The notes below the pieces were generated by a model. That model did no database searches. It saw only the letters and a program-made list of their open reading frames with translations, and was not told the origin of the DNA. From the IMG/VR virus record IMGVR_UViG_3300023443_000116, positions 1 to 50,895 of that record: 50,895 nucleotides of DNA. One strand, 5' to 3'. Position 1 is the first letter of the stretch; each line of letters opens with the position of its first letter. This document shows, piece by piece, positions 1-9,363 of the stretch. A program made the translations under genes and the position numbers. The DNA comes from a virus (taxonomy: Duplodnaviria; Caudoviricetes).

Positions 1-144
1 TCTGCGGCGGCTGGCCCCCGTAACTCCCAGCACTCTTCTCGTACCACCATTAGGCGGCACCCCAAAGGTCAAGGGCGAACTAAACAATCCGCGATCCGTT
101 AAATTCACCGCAGCTCTCGGAGTTGCATTGCGTCTCCTGAGTCT
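1..144. repeat. Terminal direct repeat (circular assembly overlap), copy 1
   Basis: 1-144 is identical to 50752-50895, and an ORF reads through the junction, so the unit genome is about 50,751 bp. Confidence 0.97.
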
Positions 145-168
145 TTCTCTTGGCGTATGTCCTGGCAT
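1..168 (-). CDS. Arg-rich 59-aa protein spanning the circular junction (ends at 50740): MPGHTPRERLRRR...ASRRRRRI
   Basis: AGGAGG RBS before the ATG at 168; read manually across the junction; its stop overlaps the next ATG (TAATG). Confidence 0.7.
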   Translation of the reverse strand, partial: MPGHTPRERLRRRNATPRAAVNLTDRGLFSSPLTFGVPPNGGTRRVLGVTGASRRR

Positions 169-607
169 TGTATCCTCCTGTCTGTTTTTTATTATTATTT
201 TTTCAGGATTTTTTTAAATATTTCCTTTTAGTTGTATTTCTGTTTAAATCGAATTTGGTCTCCCAGTGGTTATCAATCCTCATTTTCTATAGGAAAACCG
301 CCATTCCTGTTTTTAAGGACTTACCTACTTGGGGTAGTAAAATGGGTATTTTGGGCCTCATCCCCATCACTAAATGACAAAGCCCCAGCCCCAAGCTCAG
401 TCTCCCTAAACCAAAGTTTTATTAATTCTTCCAGCAAAACCTTCGCATCAGGAGTCAGGTCTTTAAATGTCACAGAGGGTTTCATGTGGTTTCCTTTAGG
501 TAATGCGTGGTTATAGATAAGAAGGTGTGTGACTCAAACACTGATAGGACCCCGATCTCCTAACCCCCGGCACCCCCTGGAATATGGGACCCTTTTTGAA
601 CGCTATT

Positions 608-1006
608 CTATCCAGTGTATAGCCTGGTGTTAGCCTCGCTCGGCATGTTATGGGGTGGTGTGGCTAGTGTTCTGTCTGATAACATAGGGGCATAGCTGGC
701 CTCCTCGTCCATCACAGCGATGATTGTAGAGATTGGGGCATTGAACCACTCACCGGACACTTGGTATCTCTCTAAGCGCGCTAGTACCCTGGCCTCTACC
801 TTCACAGCCTCAGCAGTACGGCAGTAATGAATGAGCTTTAGGTCCTTAATGCCTGAGTTGATCTTGATGTTCCAGAACCTGGCCTTTAAATTCGTGCTGT
901 TACCTACCTTAAATGGCCCGTCAACGTCTCCCATGAGATAAACAAACCCCTCTTGGTAATATTCCATGCAAAGCTGCAAAGCCTCTTCCAGTCTAGGGTT
1001 TATCAT
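608..1006 (-). CDS. GIY-YIG family nuclease (T5orf172/MUG113-like)
   Basis: GFVYLM...FKVGNS..L..R motif, conserved E, and GEWF motif. Confidence 0.8.
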   Translation of the reverse strand: MINPRLEEALQLCMEYYQEGFVYLMGDVDGPFKVGNSTNLKARFWNIKINSGIKDLKLIHYCRTAEAVKVEARVLARLERYQVSGEWFNAPISTIIAVMDEEASYAPMLSDRTLATPPHNMPSEANTRLYTG

Positions 1007-1398
1007 GGTAATATACTTTCAAGGTTATGTTAAATGTTTTTGGTTGGGTGAGTTGCTATCAGGGTTAGAGAGTGTTTGCCTATTTATTGTGCAATGCGTG
1101 TGAAGACAGAAAGACAATGTATAATATTAACTGGATTGTGGTTAATTAACTTAAATCGGGTTAACTCTTAATTAGTGGTGGCTACACCCCTTTGTTATAA
1201 AGCCCTATTAACTTAACCAGTTGGCTTAACTCAAGCTTTACGTCCTCTTGTGTCCAGTATACTTTAATTGTTATTTGCCTGTTATCCCAAGATTTCATGC
1301 TGTCTAATGCCTTTTTTCCCATCCCTTATCCTATCACCCTTTAGCCTTCAATGCAATGGTTGCATTTGACCTTATATCTCATTCTTATGATTTAATGC

Positions 1399-1427
1399 TT
1401 GACAATCAAGTGGTGGTCTATTATATA
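1399..1427 (+). promoter_or_regulatory. Sigma70-type promoter for the small-gene cassette
   Basis: TTGACA-N17-TATATA, then GAGGAG RBS before 1455. Confidence 0.7.
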
Positions 1428-1454
1428 TGTATTACACAATGAGGAGATAAAGAA

Positions 1455-1649
1455 ATGACCCTAGAGCAAATCAAACAAGCCATCGAAGACGGCAAAAATG
1501 TTCATTGGGCTAATTCTGCCTATGACGTTATCCTGGATAATCTGGGTCAATACTTAATCCGTTGTAATTCTAATCAACATTGCATTGGCTTGACGCATCA
1601 AGATGGCGTTACCATGAATGGTTCGGAACGCCAATTTTACGTTGCCTAA
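1455..1649 (+). CDS. Conserved small phage hypothetical protein
   Basis: Strong RBS; first gene after the promoter. Confidence 0.8.
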   Translation: MTLEQIKQAIEDGKNVHWANSAYDVILDNLGQYLIRCNSNQHCIGLTHQDGVTMNGSERQFYVA

Positions 1650-1680
1650 CTTCTATATGTATTAATAAAAGGAAATTAAC

Positions 1681-1965
1681 GTGCTGTCAACAAAAGAAAT
1701 AAACGCATTTAGGAAGGATTTGGCAGACCAAGAACTACCAAATTGGTTTTGGGATAAACACAATTATTCAGGAGTTTGCAAGCAGGCCGTGGGTTATGTC
1801 GTCCTAGTAAAAAAGATTAAAAGGCTAGAAAAAGAATTAGAGACCCACATTATAGGCAAATATGGCAAACGCATTGATCACTCCCACGGATGGAATGATT
1901 GTTTAAGGAAAATCAAATCCTTTATAAATGGAAACCTAACCTCTACTAACCAAAGGAGTAAATAA
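1681..1965 (+). CDS. Hypothetical protein, paralog of 2137..2373
   Basis: RBS AAAGGA; shares MLS.KEI, Y..LV.KIK and CL..IKSFI. Confidence 0.75.
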   Translation: MLSTKEINAFRKDLADQELPNWFWDKHNYSGVCKQAVGYVVLVKKIKRLEKELETHIIGKYGKRIDHSHGWNDCLRKIKSFINGNLTSTNQRSK

Positions 1966-1966
1966 A

Positions 1967-2131
1967 ATGACCAATGTACAGTTCGAAAAAACAAGGCAGC
2001 CAACAAAAAAAGAAAGAAATCTTTACAAAAGGTGGATTAAATATCTTTCTGATTCAAATCTTAACGAAGAAGAAATCAAGAAAAGAGCGTCTACCTATAC
2101 GCTTAACGGCGAAAAACCAGAGTTGGAGTAA
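1967..2131 (+). CDS. Hypothetical 54-aa protein (MTNVQFEKTR...)
   Basis: AAGGAG RBS; fills the gap between neighbours; read manually. Confidence 0.7.
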   Translation: MTNVQFEKTRQPTKKERNLYKRWIKYLSDSNLNEEEIKKRASTYTLNGEKPELE

Positions 2132-2136
2132 ATAAT

Positions 2137-2373
2137 ATGCTATCAATAAAAGAAATAGAAAATATTGGCTTTCGGCTTGATACTTTGCTTTCTCGTAGGG
2201 ACTTGCTTTTGCCAGAGCATACAGCAGAGGTTTATGAAATGGCCAAGGCTTATGTCTCCCTTGTAGAGAAGATTAAAAAAACTAAAGAACCAGTATGTTT
2301 TGATGATTGGTATGAAATTATTGGTTTCCGCAAATGTCTCAAACAAATCAAATCCTTCATAGATGAATCATGA
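2137..2373 (+). CDS. Hypothetical protein, paralog of 1681..1965
   Basis: GGAG RBS; shared motifs. Confidence 0.75.
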   Translation: MLSIKEIENIGFRLDTLLSRRDLLLPEHTAEVYEMAKAYVSLVEKIKKTKEPVCFDDWYEIIGFRKCLKQIKSFIDES

Positions 2374-2451
2374 TAGAATACATAGCCATTCATGCGATAG
2401 CTTTTGTCTTTCTGGTTTTTGCCGTTATTGTTCTGATTATGGTGGTTAGTC

Positions 2452-2637
2452 ATGACTAAGGGCGGCAAAAGAGAGGGCGCAGGGCGTGTCTCTAAATATT
2501 TTCAAGATACTATGGGCATGAGTATTTCTTGGCCCCCTGCCGCTATCCATAAAGCTAAACAAGAGGCCAAGGGAGCGGGGTTGTCTCTAAGCGAATATTT
2601 GTTGATTAAAGTGTTTGGTAAAAAATATCATAGGTGA
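2452..2637 (+). CDS. Small DNA-binding protein (GGxRxGAGR plus ribbon-helix-helix-like)
   Basis: GGKREGAGR motif followed by A...G.SLSEYL. Confidence 0.7.
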   Translation: MTKGGKREGAGRVSKYFQDTMGMSISWPPAAIHKAKQEAKGAGLSLSEYLLIKVFGKKYHR

Positions 2638-2661
2638 AAGGACAATCCGAAATCCTGCATT

Positions 2662-2690
2662 AATTTAACTGATGGATGGATGCTTGTCAA
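2662..2690 (-). promoter_or_regulatory. Sigma70-type promoter just downstream of the putative late activator
   Basis: TTGACA-N17-TAAATT on the minus strand. Confidence 0.6.
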
Positions 2691-2707
2691 TAGTTATTGT
2701 TAAACAA

Positions 2708-3352
2708 TCATTTCCTAAAAGCCCTAGATAATTCTTTAAACCCTGTTTGTATGATAGATATTTCATATTTATCAGCATGTGTTAGCTTACCATAAACCCA
2801 AGGCGGGTCACGGTCATGTGCTACAATATTCATAACACTGGCATAAACCCATTTAGTTACTTTCTTTTCAAACCTCTTTAAAACCTCAACTGCAAACCGT
2901 TGTGAATCCATACAAACAAATTGAATCGGATCGTAAGTCCCTCCTGCTGGCTTGCCAATATCTCTAACATTAGGGTTGGGTTCTCCAAAACCTGCCCAAT
3001 AGATGCGCTGTAAGCTCTCTCCTGCTATGAAGTTGCTTTCTGTGATGTGTTTCCTTGCCTTTAGCCTTAGAAGCGCTGTAGACGTGTCCTGAGGGTTCCC
3101 TGTGTGTCTTACAGGAAGGAATTGAGGGTCTATGTCTGTTCCGTCCACGCTGATTTTCTTACCGTTCATTAAAGCTTTTTTTATCTTGTTGCCAGGAATT
3201 CGCTCCTTGCCTAACTTAACACTTTTTATCCCTCTATCCAATAGCTCCCCTTGGCGTAGTTGTGCGAAGGGCGAAGCTTGGGGCGTTTCCAGAGCGTTTT
3301 TAGGTTCTTCGTAAATGTTTTTGACTTTTCGTTTTCTTCCTGCTCTGCTCAT
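2708..3352 (-). CDS. Putative late transcription regulator (DUF6456-like, Q-like position)
   Basis: L..L.....IT...F.AG..L..IY pattern of alphaproteobacterial phage DUF6456 proteins; last gene of the replication arm. Confidence 0.55.
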   Translation of the reverse strand: MSRAGRKRKVKNIYEEPKNALETPQASPFAQLRQGELLDRGIKSVKLGKERIPGNKIKKALMNGKKISVDGTDIDPQFLPVRHTGNPQDTSTALLRLKARKHITESNFIAGESLQRIYWAGFGEPNPNVRDIGKPAGGTYDPIQFVCMDSQRFAVEVLKRFEKKVTKWVYASVMNIVAHDRDPPWVYGKLTHADKYEISIIQTGFKELSRAFRK

Positions 3353-3624
3353 TTATTAACCTCCAATAGTTCAAATTTAAGGCGGTCTATTCTTTGCTGT
3401 TTTTTGTGGGCTACCTGTTGCCAGTGTTTTACTTCGTCTTGTAGTTCGTAAGCGTAAGTGGCTTGTATGATTAATTTGCCAAGAAATTTCTGGGCTTCGT
3501 CAAGTGGTTTGAACTTTTCTTCGTTTAGGTCGCACAGTTGTTCCCTCATCTCCTCATCTTCGCCTGTAAAAATACGAAGATGAAAAAGCTCCATTGGCTT
3601 GAACATTAATTTCATTTTGGGCAT
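3349..3624 (-). CDS. Hypothetical coiled-coil protein
   Basis: Coupled ORF in the minus-strand operon. Confidence 0.7.
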   Translation of the reverse strand: MPKMKLMFKPMELFHLRIFTGEDEEMREQLCDLNEEKFKPLDEAQKFLGKLIIQATYAYELQDEVKHWQQVAHKKQQRIDRLKFELLEVNK

Positions 3625-3834
3625 TTATTGTCCTTTGGTTAGTGTTGGTTTAACCTCAAGATTCCACAAAATCTTACCCACTCCCGCCACACCCCACGAC
3701 AAGATAAAAATTGTTATGAAGTCTCTCTGCTCTAGGCCTGTTAATGTAAATTCCGATGGAACCAAATGTGAGATCAAAAAAATCGCAGAAAGCACTACGC
3801 CGCCCAGCCCAAAGAATATGCACCACCACCACAT
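3625..3834 (-). CDS. Small two-TM membrane protein
   Basis: Two hydrophobic segments; GGAG RBS. Confidence 0.7.
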   Translation of the reverse strand: MWWWCIFFGLGGVVLSAIFLISHLVPSEFTLTGLEQRDFITIFILSWGVAGVGKILWNLEVKPTLTKGQ

Positions 3835-4107
3835 CTACTCCCCCTTTTGGTTGGTTTTCAGGTGGTATTTCATGGCACAATCTGTCCCGCAAAACGGTTT
3901 ATTATGGCCCAGTGTAAAAAGACCGCCGTGGACCACCTTTCCTACTCGATAAACTATATTCGGCGATGTCCAATAGATGGTTCTTAAGACCTGTTTTTCA
4001 CACGCCACACAAGAACCAAAGCCATAATTATAGCCTTGCGTTCCTGGTTCCAATTCAGGTATCCGCTGGGCAACAGGGCCTTCGTAAAGTTGAAAGTTGC
4101 CTCTCAT
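3835..4107 (-). CDS. Hypothetical Zn-binding protein
   Basis: CxxC and FCxxxC. Confidence 0.65.
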   Translation of the reverse strand: MRGNFQLYEGPVAQRIPELEPGTQGYNYGFGSCVACEKQVLRTIYWTSPNIVYRVGKVVHGGLFTLGHNKPFCGTDCAMKYHLKTNQKGE

Positions 4108-4236
4108 TCTTCCCCCTCTTGGTTAATCATGGCAGAAGGTTTTTTAACCCGCGTAATGTGTGGCTTGTCAGACATTCTCTTTGTTGACAGCCGCCGATAT
4201 TTCTTCGGTTGGCTTTTGCTTTTTCCTTTATTTAAA

Positions 4237-4812
4237 TCAGCCATCGTCTTTATCCTTTGGTGGGGTTATGGGGGGAGACGGGCCTAGTTTGTTTCTGGCA
4301 CCCTTCCCTCCAGGGCAAGGAATATCCATGTACTCCGTAACTATACCCCGTTCTTTTCCGTCATTTGCTTGTGAATGCCACCAACCGCCAAAATACATAA
4401 GGTGGATTCTTAATCCTGTCGGGTCGTCTTCCGTTCGGCAAACATAAAGCCAACCAGTTGGGGGGTGCGTCTCCTTATCGTCCTTATCGTAGGGTTGCCA
4501 TTGAGTTTGCATTGTGTTTTTAATTAACCGAACGACCTGTTCATCCCGCATATCGGCGTGGCTTTTTAAATCCTTCAAACTCCCCATCTTGGCTAAACGT
4601 TTATTAGAAAAGCCTTCACAGAAGTTTACGGCGGCTACTATGCGTTTGGCGTTGGCTTCCTGTAGGGAAAAGGGTTCCTCGTCAAAACCTCCCCATTTCA
4701 CAACTTCTGGCTGGTGCCTTTTTTTGACATCCAAAATTGCAACTGTCTTTGACCCCCTGTGGGAAAACAAGTGCCAAGGCTCTTTAGTGTGTTTTATATC
4801 GTTATTAGTCAT
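4237..4812 (-). CDS. Hypothetical protein (likely start MTNNDIKHT)
   Basis: KHT..PW...EANA.RIVAAVN motif common in phage early proteins; start coupled to the stop of 4809..5009. Confidence 0.7.
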   Translation of the reverse strand: MTNNDIKHTKEPWHLFSHRGSKTVAILDVKKRHQPEVVKWGGFDEEPFSLQEANAKRIVAAVNFCEGFSNKRLAKMGSLKDLKSHADMRDEQVVRLIKNTMQTQWQPYDKDDKETHPPTGWLYVCRTEDDPTGLRIHLMYFGGWWHSQANDGKERGIVTEYMDIPCPGGKGARNKLGPSPPITPPKDKDDG

Positions 4813-5009
4813 GGATAATATCCTCTGATTATTAGCCCCCAGAAGTGGTAAATATGTTTGTATTTGCCGTATCTCTCTGAAAATAAAATAGGTTCTTTGT
4901 CGCGTTTGATTACAAATCCATGGCATTTATTTGCTTCACGGAATAGTGGCCGCCACTGGACGTAAACGCGCGCCCGCTCAAAATAAATCCTCAAACCGTG
5001 CTTACTCAT
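4809..5009 (-). CDS. Hypothetical protein
   Basis: ATGA-coupled ORF; LFSER.G motif. Confidence 0.65.
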   Translation of the reverse strand: MSKHGLRIYFERARVYVQWRPLFREANKCHGFVIKRDKEPILFSERYGKYKHIYHFWGLIIRGYYP

Positions 5010-5311
5010 GTCTCTACCTCTGGGGTTAGGATTTCTTCTTCCAAGGATTTAAATAATGGCGGTGTCGGACTTTTTTTGAATGTCTTGATTAACAGTTTGT
5101 CAGCGTACATTTTGCAAATCCCGTTAATGCCGTCTTTTCTAATGGGTATCAGGGCGTGGAGAAAACTGTCCTCTTTGTTGCATTCCTCTGAATTGTAGTC
5201 CAAGTGCAAATTCCAAACCGGGCAACCCCCCTCCTTGTCTTGGTGAAAGCATTTACAGCAGACGTTTCCCTCGTAATCCATGCCCTCAGTGCCGTTTGAG
5301 AAATACCCCAT
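5006..5311 (-). CDS. Cys-rich hypothetical protein (start MGYFSNGTEG)
   Basis: FSNGTEG...C.KC...CP motif typical of a phage family; coupled start. Confidence 0.7.
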   Translation of the reverse strand: MGYFSNGTEGMDYEGNVCCKCFHQDKEGGCPVWNLHLDYNSEECNKEDSFLHALIPIRKDGINGICKMYADKLLIKTFKKSPTPPLFKSLEEEILTPEVET

Positions 5312-5670
5312 CACTCTTCTCCTACCTCTGGGATGGGCATGTAGTGGGTTACTCTGCCTTTTTGCGCCAAATCCTGCCTTTCGCACCAACTCCATTTGCC
5401 TTTATATTTTATCCAAGCATCAACATGACCAGCCGGAAGCACTAGAACCCATTTACTTTCCTCGTCTGTTTCCATAGGTGGCCACGTTGTTTCGTCCTCT
5501 GGATCAAAAGCCTTTGGTATGGAGTTAAGTAATTGACGTAAGGCGGTTTCCATGAAGTCCACCGGGATAACAAACTCCCCAACAGTATTGGTTGAAATGT
5601 GTTGACGACAAGTGAAATAGCACTTTTCTAAAACTTCCTCGATCTGTTCCCTTGTTAGTGTCCTGTTCAT
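5311..5670 (-). CDS. Hypothetical protein with DUF551-like C-terminus
   Basis: Ends VTHYMPIP; RBS GAGG before MNRTLT. Confidence 0.65.
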   Translation of the reverse strand: MNRTLTREQIEEVLEKCYFTCRQHISTNTVGEFVIPVDFMETALRQLLNSIPKAFDPEDETTWPPMETDEESKWVLVLPAGHVDAWIKYKGKWSWCERQDLAQKGRVTHYMPIPEVGEE

Positions 5671-5984
5671 TGTTTGGGTTCCTCGCCGGTTAAAATTGGC
5701 TTTAGAGATTGTTGTTGGTTTGGCGGGGATAGTTCCCAAAACCACTTCAAATCCTTGCCAAAAATCCTCGGCCTTAAGAAAAACGTTGCATCGTCACCCT
5801 TGTTAAATCCGTGTAACGAGGCCTCACCATATTCCCCAGCCAGCTTGCTTTCAAAGCGTCCTTGAATAGTTAATTCATCCCAAATCTTGCAAACCTTGAC
5901 CCACGGGCTTTCACCGGGCAGGTAAACTTTGGCTGTGTCTCCGATCTCTGGCGGTAGCGGTGCTTCTAGTTTCATGTTCTTCAT
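5667..5984 (-). CDS. Hypothetical protein (start MKNMKLEAP)
   Basis: GESPWV motif; the N-terminal extension in the ORF track overlaps another gene. Confidence 0.6.
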   Translation of the reverse strand: MKNMKLEAPLPPEIGDTAKVYLPGESPWVKVCKIWDELTIQGRFESKLAGEYGEASLHGFNKGDDATFFLRPRIFGKDLKWFWELSPPNQQQSLKPILTGEEPKQ

Positions 5985-6151
5985 CTCTTGTCTCCATTGT
6001 CCTGTTCTTGGCGTTCTTGCTCTTGCCTTTCCTGTTCTCTGATCCAGTCGTTGTAGTAGCCGTCTGAGCCGTGGTTGGGGTCGCCGTAACACATTGAGCA
6101 GGTGCGTTGGCCGTTGGGTATGGAAATGCCACATTGTGAACAGTTACTCAT
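5981..6151 (-). CDS. 56-aa zinc-ribbon protein (MSNCSQCG...CSMCYG)
   Basis: Two CxxC pairs; ATGA coupling at both ends; read manually. Confidence 0.7.
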   Translation of the reverse strand: MSNCSQCGISIPNGQRTCSMCYGDPNHGSDGYYNDWIREQERQEQERQEQDNGDKR

Positions 6152-6426
6152 CCCCCGCCCCCTTTCTTAATGATGGTGTTCACACGACTGCGGAACTCTT
6201 CAAACCCCTGCTTTAGAAATGGGTGGTATCCATCTTCCATCGGCTCTATCTCCCTTATGGCCTCTACTATGTACCCGAGGGACAAAGCATCTCTTACTGC
6301 TCTTTCTGCAAGATCAGGACTTATCCAGTCACCCGGATTGTCTTTCGCAAGAACTCTTTCCGATTCTTCCTTGCTAGTGCGTATTAGATGTGCCTCCAAG
6401 TTTTCGCTCACGCCGCTTCTCCCCAT
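6148..6426 (-). CDS. Hypothetical protein
   Basis: ORF within the operon. Confidence 0.6.
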   Translation of the reverse strand: MGRSGVSENLEAHLIRTSKEESERVLAKDNPGDWISPDLAERAVRDALSLGYIVEAIREIEPMEDGYHPFLKQGFEEFRSRVNTIIKKGGGG

Positions 6427-6531
6427 ATTTCATAAGCTCCGTCAGCGAGTTTCATTTCTCCCCGTGGTGCATCGTACTCCGGGATAAAAGATGATGTGCT
6501 GGGGGCGTTCTGCGGGGTAGTAAATGGGTAT

Positions 6532-7014
6532 CTATATGTCATTTGAACCCCCAAGTAACATCCAAAGTCCATAAAGAGCTATCAATGAAGCTTCTGCCCG
6601 GCCATCGTCCTTCACTCTTGAAAACATACACGAAGCATCCGGGAACAGTTCACAGGCTCTTTCTCTGGCTGTGTCTTTTGAACCTCCTGCAATGCCCATA
6701 ACTTTCTTCCATTTTGGTGGCGTAACCATTGTAACAGGAATTCTTTTGCAAGCAATTATACCTCTCAAGCCGCCGCAGACATAGCCAAACTTGAACATTG
6801 AAGCGGTCCCTTGCCTTGGCATGGCCCCCACCTTCTCGATAAAACAGTGATCTAAATCTGGGAGCAAACTTATATTGGAAGCTGTCTCAGACCAATTTAC
6901 CTCTCTGCCGCGCGACCTCGCCTTGAATGTAGGAATTGAAAACAGTGTAACGGTTTTGCCATTGGTGGCTGCTATTGCTCCGCCGAGGCCGGGGTCTATT
7001 CCTGCTATCCACAT
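6532..7014 (-). CDS. ruvC: RuvC-like Holliday junction resolvase
   Basis: IAGIDPG, IEKV, FKFG, PPKWKK, DGRAEA.LIA motifs. Confidence 0.9.
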   Translation of the reverse strand: MWIAGIDPGLGGAIAATNGKTVTLFSIPTFKARSRGREVNWSETASNISLLPDLDHCFIEKVGAMPRQGTASMFKFGYVCGGLRGIIACKRIPVTMVTPPKWKKVMGIAGGSKDTARERACELFPDASCMFSRVKDDGRAEASLIALYGLWMLLGGSNDI

Positions 7015-7286
7015 TATTTATTGTCCTTGATCATGGCTTTGTAGATGTCTTCCAGAACGAGCTTATCAGCGTCCATTGTTTCTTCCACTAGGCCGCTATC
7101 CTCAAATATCCTAAAGCCAGCTTCTAACATTTCCTCTGTCGGCTCTGCCGGAACAATCATATGGGTTTTGTTGATGAGGCCAAGAGCTTGCTCAAACGGA
7201 ATGTTTATTGCGATGTCTTCTGGCCCGTTTTTAGTTTCATAATCAATCTGCACTTGTCCCATTGCTTGTTTATTATCAACCATCAC
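7014..7286 (-). CDS. Hypothetical protein
   Basis: VP.EPTEEM..AG...IYKAMI phage motif. Confidence 0.7.
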   Translation of the reverse strand: MMVDNKQAMGQVQIDYETKNGPEDIAINIPFEQALGLINKTHMIVPAEPTEEMLEAGFRIFEDSGLVEETMDADKLVLEDIYKAMIKDNK

Positions 7287-7489
7287 ATTTTCCTTCCGTA
7301 AAAAACGCCTTTAGTAATTTTATTCAAGCCAAAAACCAGATTATCTAATTCCATACTTGCTCTGGATGTTCTGTTTTCGCTATCCCGGTGCAATGGAATT
7401 TCACCACCGGCCTCAAACTTTCTGCCGAAGTGTTCGGAGATAGCAAGCAATTTAGCAGTGTCTTTTTCAAATTTAATCCAACCAATCAT
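7283..7489 (-). CDS. Hypothetical protein
   Basis: Coupled ORF. Confidence 0.55.
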   Translation of the reverse strand: MIGWIKFEKDTAKLLAISEHFGRKFEAGGEIPLHRDSENRTSRASMELDNLVFGLNKITKGVFYGRKM

Positions 7490-7911
7490 GCCTCAAACCT
7501 TTCCAAAGTGCCTCTGTAAACCTGAAGGTGAAACTTGTTAGGCTTTTTCCTTCCACTTTCAATCCTTGCTATTGTGTCTGTCCCATATCCTGCTACATCA
7601 GCAAACTCCGCTTGTGTTATGTCAGCGTTTTTCCTTCTTTCAACCAAAGGAACTATCTCAGGAGAAGGTTGATATTTATTTGATAACCTGCGTTTTACTT
7701 TCAATGTTGAAGCCATACTCATTATCGCAGTCCTGCTTCTTCCGTACAGCCGATCAAGTATTGTTGGCCATTTCCCTTCAGGATAAACATCTCTCAAGGT
7801 TTCAATCTCGCTCTCGGACCATTCTATCATTCTTGGGGGTAAACGTGTTGCCCTTTTCTTGGTGAGCAGTTCTAGTCCGCCCCTAAGGTTTTTATATGCG
7901 AAGTCAGTCAT
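7486..7911 (-). CDS. DNA-binding protein: SANT/Myb-like HTH plus XRE HTH
   Basis: WSESE...L...Y...RS..AI, and ITQAEFA...G.....IARIESG. Confidence 0.8.
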   Translation of the reverse strand: MTDFAYKNLRGGLELLTKKRATRLPPRMIEWSESEIETLRDVYPEGKWPTILDRLYGRSRTAIMSMASTLKVKRRLSNKYQPSPEIVPLVERRKNADITQAEFADVAGYGTDTIARIESGRKKPNKFHLQVYRGTLERFEA

Positions 7912-8104
7912 TTTGTTTTCTCCGCAGCCCCATTTTCCTTGCCTTGCCAGAGACAGACCCTCGCGACCTATTTAAAATATCACAAATCTCATTAAACCCA
8001 TATTGCTTCATTCCATAAAGATAAGTTAAATCTTCCTCCTCTTTTTTTAACCAAGGCCAAATTTCATCTTGAGACCAACCACGTCTTTTTTGTGTTTTGT
8101 TCAT
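7904..8104 (-). CDS. GcrA-like/SANT HTH protein
   Basis: W...L..L...G..EI...L.RSRGSV.GKARKMGL. Confidence 0.6.
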   Translation of the reverse strand: MNKTQKRRGWSQDEIWPWLKKEEEDLTYLYGMKQYGFNEICDILNRSRGSVSGKARKMGLRRKQND

Positions 8105-8304
8105 CCCACACTCATCCTGTTGTAAATATTAATCATTGTCTGTTCCTGTGATGTGCCGCCCCCACTCCATAAACGATCCGACTGCGACCCCCATTAAGAA
8201 AAAACCCAAATAGGGAAGCATTTCTTCGTGGCCATCAATCTTGGCCCAAGCCCATAAAATAGCCGATGATGTCATCAAAACCCAAAATCCGGGCGGAAAT
8301 ATTT

Positions 8305-8574
8305 TCATCTATCCTGCTCCTCTTCTATTTTGGGGACCAGATAGTCTTCTTCACTATCAATCTTAAGATTTTCAAATCGAATGGTTATGTCATTTTCAAA
8401 AGTAATATATCCTTCCCGCTCCCCATGACCGCAACAAGCATACTTCACTCCTGGCAATTTTCCCCAACATGCATCGGGTTTAATGAAGTTCCTGGGCTTT
8501 CCACATTGCGAACAAACTAGCGGGTTGTTGTAAATCATAACCATTCCCTCCAAAACCATTTCAGTTGCGTCCAT
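8305..8574 (-). CDS. Cys-rich hypothetical protein
   Basis: CxxCG...DAC.G.LPGV..ACCGHG motif. Confidence 0.7.
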   Translation of the reverse strand: MDATEMVLEGMVMIYNNPLVCSQCGKPRNFIKPDACWGKLPGVKYACCGHGEREGYITFENDITIRFENLKIDSEEDYLVPKIEEEQDR

Positions 8575-8641
8575 ATATATTTTAGAACCACCACAGAACC
8601 TATAAGAATCAAAATCAATTCAAGAATGTTGCGGTCACAAG

Positions 8642-9358
8642 TCATAATGCTTCCAATTGTCTGTCAAAGTCTGATTGTATTACCAACACTTCCGCCGTCC
8701 ACCTTTCCTGGTGCAACCAAGTAGTGGGCAAGGGGATATACTGAACGTCCTTTCCTTTCCAGCTTTTCAAGTGAGCCTTCCAAGAAGCTAATATTACTTC
8801 TGGCTTGGCAACAGAGCAGGCAGATATGAATTTCTTTTCCGCCAAAGTTCTGCTACAATCTTTCCTGATTGAAGGTTCCCAAAATTCGCTTTCAAATAAG
8901 GCTTTTAAACTTTCTTTATATTCTTTCTTTTCTTTAGATATGGTTCTGGTTCTGGATGCTAGAGGTTTGCTAGGATTTTGCTTTAGCAAATCTTTAGTGT
9001 TGCTAGGTGTCTTATCCTTATATTTCAATGCTTTAGCGATACCCCCCTTCTTTCCTGCCTTTTTTCTTTCTAAAATCTTACTTTTAGTTTTGCAAAAAAT
9101 TTGCATTTGTTTTTTCTGAAACCAGCGCCCATTTTTAAGGGTGAAAAACTCAACCAGAATTGCTCTAATATCTTCATGTTTTCCTTTCATCCTCATCTTG
9201 CGTTCCAACCAGATATTGTCATCTGGGATTGAACATCCTGGAGTTTGCCAGCAAATTCTTAAAAGCCTGAAATAAATACCATCCTCCCGTTCATCTAAGT
9301 GAGCCGTTGCAGAGTGATAATCATCTACATAAAGCTCCATGTAGGGCAGTTTCGCCAT
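8642..9358 (-). CDS. Replication initiator, YdaU/DUF1376 family
   Basis: LPYM.LYV.DY...T.HL...E.G.Y.RLL...W N-terminus; YIP.P.TWL.QERW C-terminus. Confidence 0.85.
   Translation of the reverse strand: MAKLPYMELYVDDYHSATAHLDEREDGIYFRLLRICWQTPGCSIPDDNIWLERKMRMKGKHEDIRAILVEFFTLKNGRWFQKKQMQIFCKTKSKILERKKAGKKGGIAKALKYKDKTPSNTKDLLKQNPSKPLASRTRTISKEKKEYKESLKALFESEFWEPSIRKDCSRTLAEKKFISACSVAKPEVILASWKAHLKSWKGKDVQYIPLPTTWLHQERWTAEVLVIQSDFDRQLEAL
8957..9037. repeat. Iteron-like repeats inside the initiator gene (candidate origin)
   Basis: TGCTAG at 8957, 8968 and 9001; TGCTTTAGC at 8979 and 9029; lambda-O-like location. Confidence 0.55.
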
Positions 9359-9363
9359 ATTTT

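Noticed and set aside
1-144. Terminal repeat as a biological DTR
   Set aside because: It falls in the middle of an ORF and its length is in the range of assembler overlaps, so it more likely marks circular assembly
1127-1230. Full CtrA boxes (TTAA-N7-TTAA)
   Set aside because: None of the TTAA pairs checked has the 7-nt spacing; only half-sites are present
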